Shown piece by piece: positions 36,896-45,532 of a stretch of DNA of 64,000 nucleotides. Positions within the stretch are counted from its first letter, which is position 1, and every line of letters starts with the position of its first letter. The DNA lies in IMG/VR virus record IMGVR_UViG_3300017987_000001, positions 124,001-188,000 of that record, one strand, 5' to 3'. The position numbers and the translations under genes are program-made. Below the pieces are notes generated by a model that was given only the letters and a program-made list of their open reading frames with translations, was not told the origin of the DNA and did no database searches.

Positions 36896-37592
36896 CCTGC
36901 TCCTCTGCGATGAACAGTACCGTAAATGTAACCGAGTCGTCTGGCATTGTAAACTGAATTCCAGCCCACACGCACGTGAGCGTCTTCTTGTTGACCTGTA
37001 CCTCGACGACCATCGCTTCCTCACCCTCGATCTCGGGCAGCTCGTAGGTGGTTCCGAGTTCGGCGTTCCGAGACATGAGCACCAGCTGATTGCCATCGCG
37101 AAACACCGACGAGTACTGCTGGCGCACACGCCCGAATGTCCCCTTGATAGCGACAGGTACCGTGGTGCGCTTCGGGATGGTTACGTTCGGAACGTCGAGC
37201 GTGGCAGGCGGAATCTCGTGCGTCTCGTCGACCTCCACACGTGTGGGGATATCCGTGTCGACAGGAGGAACAGCGCGTCCGGCCGGTGCTTGCTTCGGCG
37301 CTTTGTTGGACGCGTTCAAAAATGTCTGCTCCACATCGGCCTCGTCCGGGCTGGCCTTCTTCTCCGAGCCTTTGGCCAGTGCTCCCGGCTCGACTACAGC
37401 GATGGTACGCATTTCACCACCTTCGCACACCACGATGTTCTGCTCGATCTGAGGGTTCTGCGCGTCGAAGCCCATGCTGCCACCGACCTCTCCGCCCTTC
37501 CGGTGGGAGGGGATGACGGTCGCATGCAGCGCCTCATCACGTGCGTATTCGGTGCGGTTCTCCGGCCCAAAGTCGCCTTCTGTGGGGGTCAT
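36885..37592 (-). CDS. Hypothetical protein, first gene of the structural module
   Basis: Start at MTPTEG (RBS GGAG), downstream of a sigma70-like promoter. Confidence 0.7.
   Translation of the reverse strand: MTPTEGDFGPENRTEYARDEALHATVIPSHRKGGEVGGSMGFDAQNPQIEQNIVVCEGGEMRTIAVVEPGALAKGSEKKASPDEADVEQTFLNASNKAPKQAPAGRAVPPVDTDIPTRVEVDETHEIPPATLDVPNVTIPKRTTVPVAIKGTFGRVRQQYSSVFRDGNQLVLMSRNAELGTTYELPEIEGEEAMVVEVQVNKKTLTCVWAGIQFTMPDDSVTFTVLFIAEEQDDG
37302..37323. promoter_or_regulatory. 22 bp palindrome copy 4 (TTTGTTGGACGCGTTCAAAAAT)
   Basis: Consensus match; intragenic. Confidence 0.7.
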
Positions 37593-37620
37593 ATAGTTTT
37601 GCTCCAAATAATGTGCCTAC

Positions 37621-37649
37621 ATAATAATCCTGCGAAACTACGCGGTCAA
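37621..37649 (-). promoter_or_regulatory. Sigma70-type promoter TTGACC-N17-TATTAT
   Basis: Near-consensus boxes with a 17 bp spacer, between a terminator and the structural module. Confidence 0.75.
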
Positions 37650-37659
37650 GCTGATAGCT

Positions 37660-37703
37660 AAAGAAAGGGCGAACCCATCCCGCCAGCCTTACGACTGACG
37701 GGA
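37660..37703 (-). terminator. Intrinsic terminator-like hairpins
   Basis: CCCGTCAG/CTGGCGGG stem, then GGG-TTCG-CCC followed by TTTCTTT. Confidence 0.6.
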
Positions 37704-37716
37704 CGATCCACCCCTC

Positions 37717-37875
37717 CTACCATCCGAGGATTGTAGCCACAGCCGCGAAGATGACGAGCAGTATCACTCCCACACAACCACACGTACAAGCACTCCCGTG
37801 ATCACACTCAGGGCACAGCTGCGGGTATTGCTTGAGCGTAGGCTTGCCGCACATGCGACACGGTCGGTTTGACAT
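37717..37875 (-). CDS. Small Zn-finger + TM protein (52 aa)
   Basis: Manual translation MSNRPCRMC...CPEC...VGVILLVIFAAVATILGW; below the ORF-track cutoff. Confidence 0.6.
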   Translation of the reverse strand: MSNRPCRMCGKPTLKQYPQLCPECDHGSACTCGCVGVILLVIFAAVATILGW

Positions 37876-37879
37876 ACTA

Positions 37880-38110
37880 CTACGCCTCCTCGCGCATGTA
37901 CTTCTCGTCCATGACGCCCAACGCGTAGCTCATCAGCCTGTCCATCTCGGCCAGCGGCTCACGCACGTAGACCGTATCTGCGTCGTACGGCCCGACCTTG
38001 ATGCACGTCCCAGCCGAGGGCTTCTCCGGCTCCTTCGCCTGATAAGACACGATCTTGTGCGCGTTGAGGCGATAGTCCTCGCCATTCAGCATGTGGAGCA
38101 GAAGAATCAT
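37880..38110 (-). CDS. Small hypothetical protein (76 aa)
   Basis: ORF track; ATGA overlap; ends TAG TAG. Confidence 0.65.
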   Translation of the reverse strand: MILLLHMLNGEDYRLNAHKIVSYQAKEPEKPSAGTCIKVGPYDADTVYVREPLAEMDRLMSYALGVMDEKYMREEA

Positions 38111-38598
38111 CGCTTCCTCCCATTGAGCTGTCGTTGCATGTTCAGGATCCTACCGGCCTCGCTAGCCGATCTGGGCACGTGCGTACGTGCTCGCTTGCGT
38201 AGTGCCTCCTCCTGTGCCCACTCCTTGGCCCTGTAGATGAGCAGCATGGTCGTAACCGACGACAGAGCGTACAGGATCGCCAGACTGATCGGAATGAGCC
38301 GCGTCAGGGTCGACACTGCAAGGGCTATCAGGGAGGCCAAGCAGATCGGAGCTGTAGCACGCGCGATATCCTTGACCAGCGGAGGATTGTTCGGGGTGCA
38401 CAGTCTCACGAGGTTGGCCGTCAGGCGGAAGAGCAGATGAGTGAGCAGGAAAGCGACGACCCCCACGTAGAGGGTCGGCGCCTTCCCGGTGCGTACGGAG
38501 AGCAGGAGTTCGAGAATGGCTGGGATGGCAAGCAGGCAGGCGTTGACGAACAGGATGGTCGCCGCGCCCATCAACACGCCGTAGATGTGCCTGCGCAT
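38107..38598 (-). CDS. Membrane protein, about 4 TM helices
   Basis: Four hydrophobic stretches. Confidence 0.7.
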   Translation of the reverse strand: MRRHIYGVLMGAATILFVNACLLAIPAILELLLSVRTGKAPTLYVGVVAFLLTHLLFRLTANLVRLCTPNNPPLVKDIARATAPICLASLIALAVSTLTRLIPISLAILYALSSVTTMLLIYRAKEWAQEEALRKRARTHVPRSASEAGRILNMQRQLNGRKR

Positions 38599-39173
38599 GA
38601 CGCCCTCCTTGGATCGTGCCCGAGCGCCTTGGCGCGATTGATGAACGACATGTTATTCAGCACCCGCTTGCGCGCCTCGTAGAACAGCGGCATCTGCGAG
38701 CGCGCGGCGAACTCCTCACGCAGGCAGAGGTCCGCGATCGCGGCGTCTGCGCTCTTATCACGCACCACCTCGGCGAGTGCTACCTGCAGTTGTCCGTCGT
38801 ACATGGCGTGGTACTTCTCGGCCAGCTCGTCGCCGCGTCGCGGCTTGTCCGAACGCGCAATGCGCACGACCTCGCCGGTCTGCAGGTAGTACGTGCCATC
38901 GTGGTCGAACACGGCCATGATGACCTCCGTGCTCTGGGCGATGACGATCCCGCCGTGGTTGCTGGGCAGGTAGGGCGCGCAGTCCGCCACGGATTCGATC
39001 ATGCCCTTGCCGCCCCGCACCTGTGCGAACGCGCCCCACTTGATCCAGCACGTGTAGCGCTTGCCGAGGTGGAGGAACGGCACATCCTCCTCGTGGCTCG
39101 TGTTGAAGCCCGACACCACCCGTCCGACGAGCGAACCGGACGGCCAGCTCTCGCGTGCTATGTCTACGAGCAT
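38571..39173 (-). CDS. Hypothetical protein (200 aa)
   Basis: ORF track; GC3-rich codon usage. Confidence 0.6.
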   Translation of the reverse strand: MLVDIARESWPSGSLVGRVVSGFNTSHEEDVPFLHLGKRYTCWIKWGAFAQVRGGKGMIESVADCAPYLPSNHGGIVIAQSTEVIMAVFDHDGTYYLQTGEVVRIARSDKPRRGDELAEKYHAMYDGQLQVALAEVVRDKSADAAIADLCLREEFAARSQMPLFYEARKRVLNNMSFINRAKALGHDPRRASCAGTSTAC

Positions 39174-39185
39174 GACAGATTCTTT

Positions 39186-39620
39186 CTAGCGCAGATGATC
39201 GCGTACCCAGTCGGCGAAGCTCATGCCTTCGGGGCAGCGTGCGCGAATGTGGTCCTCTTCCCCGTACTCCTTGGCGTCCTTCTCCCACTTCGGTGCGCAC
39301 GTGGGGCAGATTGCCCGGCTGTCGAAGAGGATCCCGCCCGACTCCTTGGATTCGGACCAGTCCTCGTTGCAGCCGTCGCAGATCACGAAGTCGCCGGGAT
39401 CGATGACGATGTGCTTCACGGGTCCGAGCATGTGCACATCGAAGCCACGATCCTGCATCAGTCCGGCGAGGGCGGAGGCGAAGCTCTTCCCGGGTGGGAG
39501 CTTCGCCTTTGCCTCCTCGGCCTCGATCGCTTCCAGCCGATCCTCAGCCTTCTTCAGCTCGGCGGCCGTGTAGTGCATGGGGTTCTCGAACATCTTCTGC
39601 AGGCGCTCTTTCTCGGTCAT
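39186..39620 (-). CDS. Hypothetical Zn-binding protein
   Basis: Start MTEKERL; ICDGC...ICPTC. Confidence 0.65.
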   Translation of the reverse strand: MTEKERLQKMFENPMHYTAAELKKAEDRLEAIEAEEAKAKLPPGKSFASALAGLMQDRGFDVHMLGPVKHIVIDPGDFVICDGCNEDWSESKESGGILFDSRAICPTCAPKWEKDAKEYGEEDHIRARCPEGMSFADWVRDHLR

Positions 39621-39628
39621 GGGAGCAC

Positions 39629-40027
39629 CTAGACGCAGAAGCGGTCGATGTGGATGGCCTTGGTCTCGCGGTCGGCGACCCGGATGACCCGGAAGGGCGT
39701 GTCGTGCAGCGGCTTGTCGAGCTGCGCCGCCATCGCCTGCTTCACCGGCAGCGGGATCAGCACGACGTCGACTTCGCCCTGCTCGGCCAGCTGCGTCCAC
39801 GCGAAGATGAGCGCCGCGCACCCGGTCGACATCTTGAACGTGATGTCGATGTCCGTCGTACCCTTGATCCCCGGCTGCTCGATCTCCTCCACGTCGAGCT
39901 TGCCCAGCACCGCGTCCTCCTGCGAGGCGCGCGGGAGGACCGTCCCATCCACGAAGTTGAACGGATGCGGCGAGCTGAAGTTGCCCACGCGCAGCCCGTT
40001 CGTCAGCGTCACGATACTCTTGTCCAT
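39629..40027 (-). CDS. Hypothetical protein (132 aa)
   Basis: ORF track; RBS AAAGGA. Confidence 0.7.
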   Translation of the reverse strand: MDKSIVTLTNGLRVGNFSSPHPFNFVDGTVLPRASQEDAVLGKLDVEEIEQPGIKGTTDIDITFKMSTGCAALIFAWTQLAEQGEVDVVLIPLPVKQAMAAQLDKPLHDTPFRVIRVADRETKAIHIDRFCV

Positions 40028-40115
40028 GGTCAGTTCCTTTCATCCCACGGGAGCTAATGGGAGAACCATCTCCCATAGAATGGTGACGCGCTGCTGGGCT
40101 GGTTTAAGCTGATAG

Positions 40116-40162
40116 CTAAAAAGGAACACTGACCACCGCCGCCCCCCACGGCGGCGGTGGTC
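40116..40162 (-). terminator. Intrinsic terminator-like hairpin
   Basis: GACCACCGCCG / CGGCGGTGGTC stem followed by a T-rich tract, after the 40179 stop. Confidence 0.65.
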
Positions 40163-40178
40163 ATTCCGATCGTACCGG

Positions 40179-41462
40179 CTAGCCGGTCTTGCGCTTGCGC
40201 TTCGACTTCGCGGGCTTCACCTCGACCTTCGCAGCTTGCTTGAGGTACTCATCCAAGCGCCGCTTGATCGTGTGCATAGACACTTCGAAGTCTTTGGCAA
40301 TCGCAGCGTACGAACGTCCGGCTTCACGCATCTTCGCCATGCGCTTGAGCTGCTTCTCGGTGAAGTCGATGCGCTTACGCGTGTGTGCCTTCGGCTTCTC
40401 GGCCTTGGACTTCGGCTTCTTGTCAGACATCGACGTCTTCACGTACTTCCCCATTTTCTGTACGCGCTCCTTGAGTCCGTAGTCCTTCATTGCGTCGAGG
40501 AACTTCTCGGACCCAATCGAATACTGGAACGGGGTACCGGCAACGTTGAGCCGCGAGTTTACGGCCAAAGCCTCACCGGGAATCTCGATCGCCGACTTGC
40601 CTTCATAGTACTGCGTCCACGCCCACGCAACTGCATGAGAGAGTGCGCGCGGAGACGGCCGCGCTCGCTGATTGAGCGCGTTCCGCGTACGATCCTGTAC
40701 ATCGATCAGGAACTCACGAAGCGCCTGTCGTGGATCATTCGCCTTCATGATGCCGTTGTGCGCAACACCGTGCCAGAAAAGCTTGGCCTTCCTCGGCTGC
40801 CACTGCATGGTGATCAGCGCGACCGACAGGATCGATTGCTGATAGACTGTCGGACGCCGCAGCGCACCCATCCGCCCTTCGAAGACTCCATTGAGGCTGA
40901 TCATGGAGTCCACGAAATGCTTGGCGAACTGGCAGTACAGTGCAGGGTAATGCGTCTGCACCCTCGCGATGCTCTGCGAGAATGAATCAGCGATGAACGT
41001 CACGGCACTCATCAGCTTACCAACGCCCCGCTTCCCGAGAATCTCGATGATCTTCTTGCCGTAATAGGCCACGAACATATCGGCCTTCGTACGGCTGCCC
41101 ATACCGGTGTCGAATGATATGTACAGACGGTCGACCTGTGCCATATCCTTGCACTTGTACGTGATCATGACGAAGTACATCGGGATTCCTGTTCGTGCGA
41201 TGGTCGTGAGCCTGTGGTAGCCGTCAACGATGAATGTCTTGGCCCCGACCGCCGCAAGCGAGAGTACCGATCCCGGTCGGAAGGCACCCTCGTCCAGCAT
41301 CATCTCCAGCCCGCCGAGTGTGACGTTCCGCATCGGGCGCTGCTTCGGGTACATCATCGTCTTGAGCATCTCGCGCGCCTTGACCGGTGTGATCCGCGTC
41401 AGCTTCACGCGGATGCTCAGGATAAACCTGAACAATCCAAACAACGAAGACAGAAAAGCCAT
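40179..41462 (-). CDS. ParB/Srx-like N-terminal domain protein with C-terminal HTH
   Basis: FIVDGYHRL motif; C-terminal REAGRSYAAIAKDFEVSMHTIKRRL helix-turn-helix; start uncertain. Confidence 0.65.
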   Translation of the reverse strand: MAFLSSLFGLFRFILSIRVKLTRITPVKAREMLKTMMYPKQRPMRNVTLGGLEMMLDEGAFRPGSVLSLAAVGAKTFIVDGYHRLTTIARTGIPMYFVMITYKCKDMAQVDRLYISFDTGMGSRTKADMFVAYYGKKIIEILGKRGVGKLMSAVTFIADSFSQSIARVQTHYPALYCQFAKHFVDSMISLNGVFEGRMGALRRPTVYQQSILSVALITMQWQPRKAKLFWHGVAHNGIMKANDPRQALREFLIDVQDRTRNALNQRARPSPRALSHAVAWAWTQYYEGKSAIEIPGEALAVNSRLNVAGTPFQYSIGSEKFLDAMKDYGLKERVQKMGKYVKTSMSDKKPKSKAEKPKAHTRKRIDFTEKQLKRMAKMREAGRSYAAIAKDFEVSMHTIKRRLDEYLKQAAKVEVKPAKSKRKRKTG

Positions 41463-41492
41463 TGTGGTATTCCTTTCACCCACGGGCAGTAG

Positions 41493-41732
41493 CTAGTGCT
41501 TCGGGTCGCTCTTGAAGTCGGGCATGAGCGACCGCGCGACGTCGTCGACGATGGTGTTGCGCGACTGCTCGCACTGCTTGATCTCGGCCTCGACGCTCCT
41601 CAACATCTCGCACCACTCCTTGGTGGCGTCGTCGGTCGGATCCTCCAGCAGCGTCTTGTGCGCCTCACGCAGTACGCGGAGGCGTCGCTCGTTGTCGTTG
41701 AACTTGCCCTGCGTCTTGATCTCCAGCGCCAT
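41493..41732 (-). CDS. Small coiled-coil protein (79 aa)
   Basis: ORF track; RBS AAAGGAG. Confidence 0.65.
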   Translation of the reverse strand: MALEIKTQGKFNDNERRLRVLREAHKTLLEDPTDDATKEWCEMLRSVEAEIKQCEQSRNTIVDDVARSLMPDFKSDPKH

Positions 41733-41745
41733 GACGGCGCTCCTT

Positions 41746-42096
41746 TCATTTCGGCCACGTGATGTGGCGTTCGATAACTTCGCACTTGCGCCTGATCTCG
41801 CGCTGTGCCTTCTCGTCGCTCTTGATCGCCCGCTCCATGCATTCGGGCACGTTCACGCATAGGTGAATGCGTTGCCGTCCGTCGTAGTAGTACGTCGTGT
41901 CGACGACGTTTGGGAAGCAGACGAACGTGCCGGGTGCCGTCATGCCGCAACGCTGGCAGTACACGGACTTGAGCTTGCGTGTGCACTCGTAGATGCGTGG
42001 CAGATCGTACGGGAACAGCAGGATATGTGCGACGGGAAGGGTGTACCGGTCAGGCAAGATCGTGGCGAGCTTCATCAGCGCGCTCACGTCCGGCAT
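41746..42096 (-). CDS. Small Cys-containing protein
   Basis: Start MPDVSA; CQRC...C..VPEC. Confidence 0.6.
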   Translation of the reverse strand: MPDVSALMKLATILPDRYTLPVAHILLFPYDLPRIYECTRKLKSVYCQRCGMTAPGTFVCFPNVVDTTYYYDGRQRIHLCVNVPECMERAIKSDEKAQREIRRKCEVIERHITWPK

Positions 42097-42120
42097 CTCT
42101 ATATTCCTTTCCACCCACGG

Positions 42121-42297
42121 TCACGTCTTGAGCCTCGTGCGCACCTTGTACCCGCTCGGCAGCTTCAGCTCAGCGAGAGACTTGGCGCGCATAGCATCTG
42201 CGAGACCGAGACCTTCGGCGCCGATGAGGTCGACCACCGTGTTCGTCCGGCGGTCGATGATCTCGACGATGTAGCGCAACTGGGTCGGGTCTAGCAT
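42121..42297 (-). CDS. Small hypothetical protein, paralogue of 42589-42780
   Basis: IIDRRT motif shared. Confidence 0.55.
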   Translation of the reverse strand: MLDPTQLRYIVEIIDRRTNTVVDLIGAEGLGLADAMRAKSLAELKLPSGYKVRTRLKT

Positions 42298-42560
42298 GGT
42301 GACGTCCACTTCGACACTTCGCAGATCGCACAGTCGAGGTAGCCCGAGCCATCATACAGGTAGTTGAACAGGTAGATCACCTCGCGGACGATGTAGCGCG
42401 TACCGTCTGCGCCACGTCCACCAGCGGTGTCGATTACCCACTCGCCCACGCGCGGCGGCATCGGCAGCTCCATGACGAAGTCTGCGGAATTGGCATCATC
42501 GTCCTTCGTGCGATCGTATGCGAACTGCGACTTCGGGATGATGATGAACTCGATACGCAT
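42291..42560 (-). CDS. Small hypothetical protein (89 aa)
   Basis: Start MRIEF (RBS GGAGGG); PMPPRVGEW. Confidence 0.6.
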   Translation of the reverse strand: MRIEFIIIPKSQFAYDRTKDDDANSADFVMELPMPPRVGEWVIDTAGGRGADGTRYIVREVIYLFNYLYDGSGYLDCAICEVSKWTSPC

Positions 42561-42570
42561 GCGCCCTCCA

Positions 42571-42592
42571 ATTGTTGGACGCGTCCAACTAT
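42571..42592. promoter_or_regulatory. 22 bp palindrome copy 5 (ATTGTTGGACGCGTCCAACTAT)
   Basis: Near-perfect consensus; sits between a stop codon and the next RBS. Confidence 0.75.
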
Positions 42593-42780
42593 GCGACAAC
42601 GCACTCGCATTCGCAATCCATCGCGAGTTCGACCTTGAACGACCGGCGGCTGCGATCCTTCTCCAGAATGGACTTCAGCCGCTGCGCTTCCCGGTACAGC
42701 ATCTTCGGCCCGACGCACTGCACGATCTCCTTCGTGCGTCGATCGATGACGTGAACCATCCACTCTTCGTTCTCGGGCAT
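42589..42780 (-). CDS. Small hypothetical protein, paralogue of 42121-42297
   Basis: Start MPENEE; VIDRRT motif. Confidence 0.55.
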   Translation of the reverse strand: MPENEEWMVHVIDRRTKEIVQCVGPKMLYREAQRLKSILEKDRSRRSFKVELAMDCECECVVA

Positions 42781-42905
42781 CGCTCCATGTCCTTTCACAG
42801 TTGGCAGGGCTACCCACTGTAGCGCCCTCCAGATTCAAGAAAGTGGGCGTGCGCCGACAACCTTCCCGAAGCCGACGCACGCCCGTTCCCGTGGGTGGGG
42901 AACTG

Positions 42906-43500
42906 CTACAGTTGACGACAGTTCAGATTGTGAAGGATGGTCATTGCGTCGCTGACACGATCCCACGCATGCATGTCGTTGCGTGACGAGAATCGACTCC
43001 CGTCGCGTTTGAACGCGCTCTTTGTCAGCGCGTCCTTCACGATCGATATCGGCGCTGCCGAGAACCAGACCGTGATCTTGTTCTTGTCGTGGTGCTCGCG
43101 GAAGATGATGGCCTCGCGAGCGTTCCCGTTCGCCTTGACCACGGCAAGCGCGACTCCCTCACTGTAGTCGAAATCGTCCCACCAGCAGTCCGCGTCGGAC
43201 TCGCCGCTCTTGGCGTACACCTCCGACCAGTTGTGCCGAGCGAGTTCGCGAAGCAGCGGATCGATCGCGTAGGTGGCAATCGGAACCCACCAGTCGCCGG
43301 TGGCACTACTGTACTTGAAGCCGCACGTCTTGAGCACCTCGATGATCGCATTGGCCTTCAGCCAGAAGCGAACGATGATGCGCTCCTTCGTGCGGTAGAT
43401 CCCACAGTAGTTACCGCAGCGATGCAGCAGCACCGCATTGCTCTGGTTGATCGCGATGTTCCAGCTGCTGATGACCTCACCGATGTTCGGGGTCTTCGCT
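42906..43500 (-). CDS. Hypothetical protein with two internal repeats; start not identifiable
   Basis: Repeat I-x-V-x-F...LK..[GA]FK occurs twice; no clear ATG/RBS, so the 5' coordinate is approximate. Confidence 0.45.
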
Positions 43501-43522
43501 GCAGCCCCAGCCCCGGCTAGGG

Positions 43523-44041
43523 CTAGCGGTCGAAAGGGCGGACGGCGATCTTCTGCTTGTCGGGGTCGAACCCGCCCTCTTCCTTCGATTCGAGGATCGC
43601 CGCGCGGATCACCGCGTCCTCGGGGGTCTTGGCGACGACCTTCTTGGTGGGACCGACGGACGTGATGACGTCCTTCTCGCCGATGGTGCGCACTTCGTAC
43701 TCGAACGTCTGCATGCTCTTCTCCTCCCGCTTTCGCGGAGCGTGGATCTTCGGTGTAACCGCAGGGGCCGGTCGTGCCGGATTGACGCACATCGCAGTGA
43801 CGTCGACTTTGACCTCAATTGGGTAAAGCTTCTTCCCGTCGCTGTACTTCCGCGACGAGATCGACAAGGTCTTGTCGAAGGGGATGAGTTCGTCACTAGA
43901 CAGGTGTTGGTACGGATCTTCCTTCAGGCGGATCATGAAGTCGAACGGATCGTAGCCCGGGAAGAACTTGTGGAATGCCTGAATGAACGTCGTACCCGGC
44001 GGGACCATTTCCACACGCGGTTTCTTCTCGTCATGTGGCAT
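43523..44041 (-). CDS. Hypothetical protein with possible internal start at 43714
   Basis: Start MPHDEK (RBS GGAGG); second RBS GGGAGGAG before MQTFEY. Confidence 0.6.
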   Translation of the reverse strand: MPHDEKKPRVEMVPPGTTFIQAFHKFFPGYDPFDFMIRLKEDPYQHLSSDELIPFDKTLSISSRKYSDGKKLYPIEVKVDVTAMCVNPARPAPAVTPKIHAPRKREEKSMQTFEYEVRTIGEKDVITSVGPTKKVVAKTPEDAVIRAAILESKEEGGFDPDKQKIAVRPFDR

Positions 44042-44119
44042 GAATCCTCCAGCCAAAGTGGGAGCCTCTGCTGGAGCTTCGCTTACCAACCAGCACCGCG
44101 CTGGTTAGGTGGATGGTTT

Positions 44120-45532
44120 TCAGGCGTCGGACGTGCGCTTGGCTTTCTTCCTGCGCTTCGTCGTCGCCTTCTTGTTCGCCGCACTTCTGGCCTTGGCTTT
44201 CGCCGCCTTGCTCTCTTGCTGGCGTTCGACAGCCTGCATGACCAGATGGTGCGCCGCGTCTACGTACAGGTCGATGGCGTAACCGATGCCCTCCTTCTTC
44301 ACCAGATTCCGGACGGGCGTGAGGTTGCGGCCGTAGCGCCCACGCCGGTTCTCCGCAGGACCGGCGATGACGTGGGGGCCAGAATCGACACGTACGCGCA
44401 CTTCCCCGAGCGACTGCGGCACAACGAACTCGATCGGATAACCGAGCTGTTCGCCGATGAGCTGCTTAGCTTGCGTAAGGATGAACCACGACTGCACCTG
44501 AGCCAGTGCAAGTTCGAGGTTCCCTCCCAGCTTCGAGACCATCGCGGGGATGTCATTCGGATTATTGACCCGCTGAACGGGCCAAGGTCCGTAGAGAGCG
44601 GTGCCGGGCATGACCTTCTGCCCGGACCGCACGATGGGTTCGACGTATGGCAGGTCGAACCCCGTCCGCTCGGAAGCGATGCGATTCGCTTCCGCCGGGT
44701 CAAACGTGTACGTCTTCTCCTGATTCCCGTCGGTGACGGTCACGTCGAATCCATCCACTGACGCAACCGTGCCGACCATGTCGGCAGACATGTTCGGCAC
44801 ACCCGGAATCCCCCACCTGCCGGTGGAGGTGGCGCTGCTGATGCCGATCATCAGGCTGCGGCGGGAACGCGCGCAGTCTGCGAAGGTCTCGTCACTCGCG
44901 CGAAGCGTGAGCTTGCGCTTGGTGACGACGATGAAGTCCATAGGAGGCATCTCGGTGGTAGCTTCGACCCCGTTCTCCTTGACTTCTTCGAGCATCGCCA
45001 GCACCTTCCCGGCGAGCCGTCGCTCATCGTCCGTCGAGTCCTCCCCCGTGACGAGGCAGTACTTCCCGGACTCACGATCAGCTCGACGGGACATCCCGAG
45101 GGGCACTGAGTAGGTGATTTCCGACTGTCGCCTATAGTGCCCGTCTACGACGGTCCCCTTGAGACGCCGATCGCTCGACGCGCGAACGATCCAAGCGCCG
45201 CCGTTGTGCATCGTGCCGTTGCACAGTTTCCCGTCAGCTGAAAGGTGCCATGGATCCAGCTTGTGACGGGCGAAGTTCCTTCTCGTGGAGTAGTCGAGGT
45301 CCACAAGAGTGGTGACGGTCTCCATGGTGTCGACGGGGCGGTACTCCTCGTCTCCACGCAAAAGGAACTTGAACACTGCACGGTCTTCGGCCGATAGATC
45401 GTGCAAAACGGAGGGTCGCGGCTGGACGATCTCGTTCCAGAGTCCGCCCATGCGCTGCGATCGATCTCCGCAATTCTCGTCGAGAGGCCCGTGGAGCCTT
45501 TCGACAACCTTCATGAAGTCTGCGTGCTTCAA
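44120..45532 (-). CDS. Hypothetical protein, possible degenerate RNAP beta mid-region paralogue
   Basis: TTG start with RBS GGGGAG. RSLMIG...GTVASVDGFDVTV...TYTF...PIVRSGQKVMPGTAL parallels the beta RALMG-to-SBHM region. By-eye alignment only. Confidence 0.5.
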   Translation of the reverse strand: MKHADFMKVVERLHGPLDENCGDRSQRMGGLWNEIVQPRPSVLHDLSAEDRAVFKFLLRGDEEYRPVDTMETVTTLVDLDYSTRRNFARHKLDPWHLSADGKLCNGTMHNGGAWIVRASSDRRLKGTVVDGHYRRQSEITYSVPLGMSRRADRESGKYCLVTGEDSTDDERRLAGKVLAMLEEVKENGVEATTEMPPMDFIVVTKRKLTLRASDETFADCARSRRSLMIGISSATSTGRWGIPGVPNMSADMVGTVASVDGFDVTVTDGNQEKTYTFDPAEANRIASERTGFDLPYVEPIVRSGQKVMPGTALYGPWPVQRVNNPNDIPAMVSKLGGNLELALAQVQSWFILTQAKQLIGEQLGYPIEFVVPQSLGEVRVRVDSGPHVIAGPAENRRGRYGRNLTPVRNLVKKEGIGYAIDLYVDAAHHLVMQAVERQQESKAAKAKARSAANKKATTKRRKKAKRTSDA

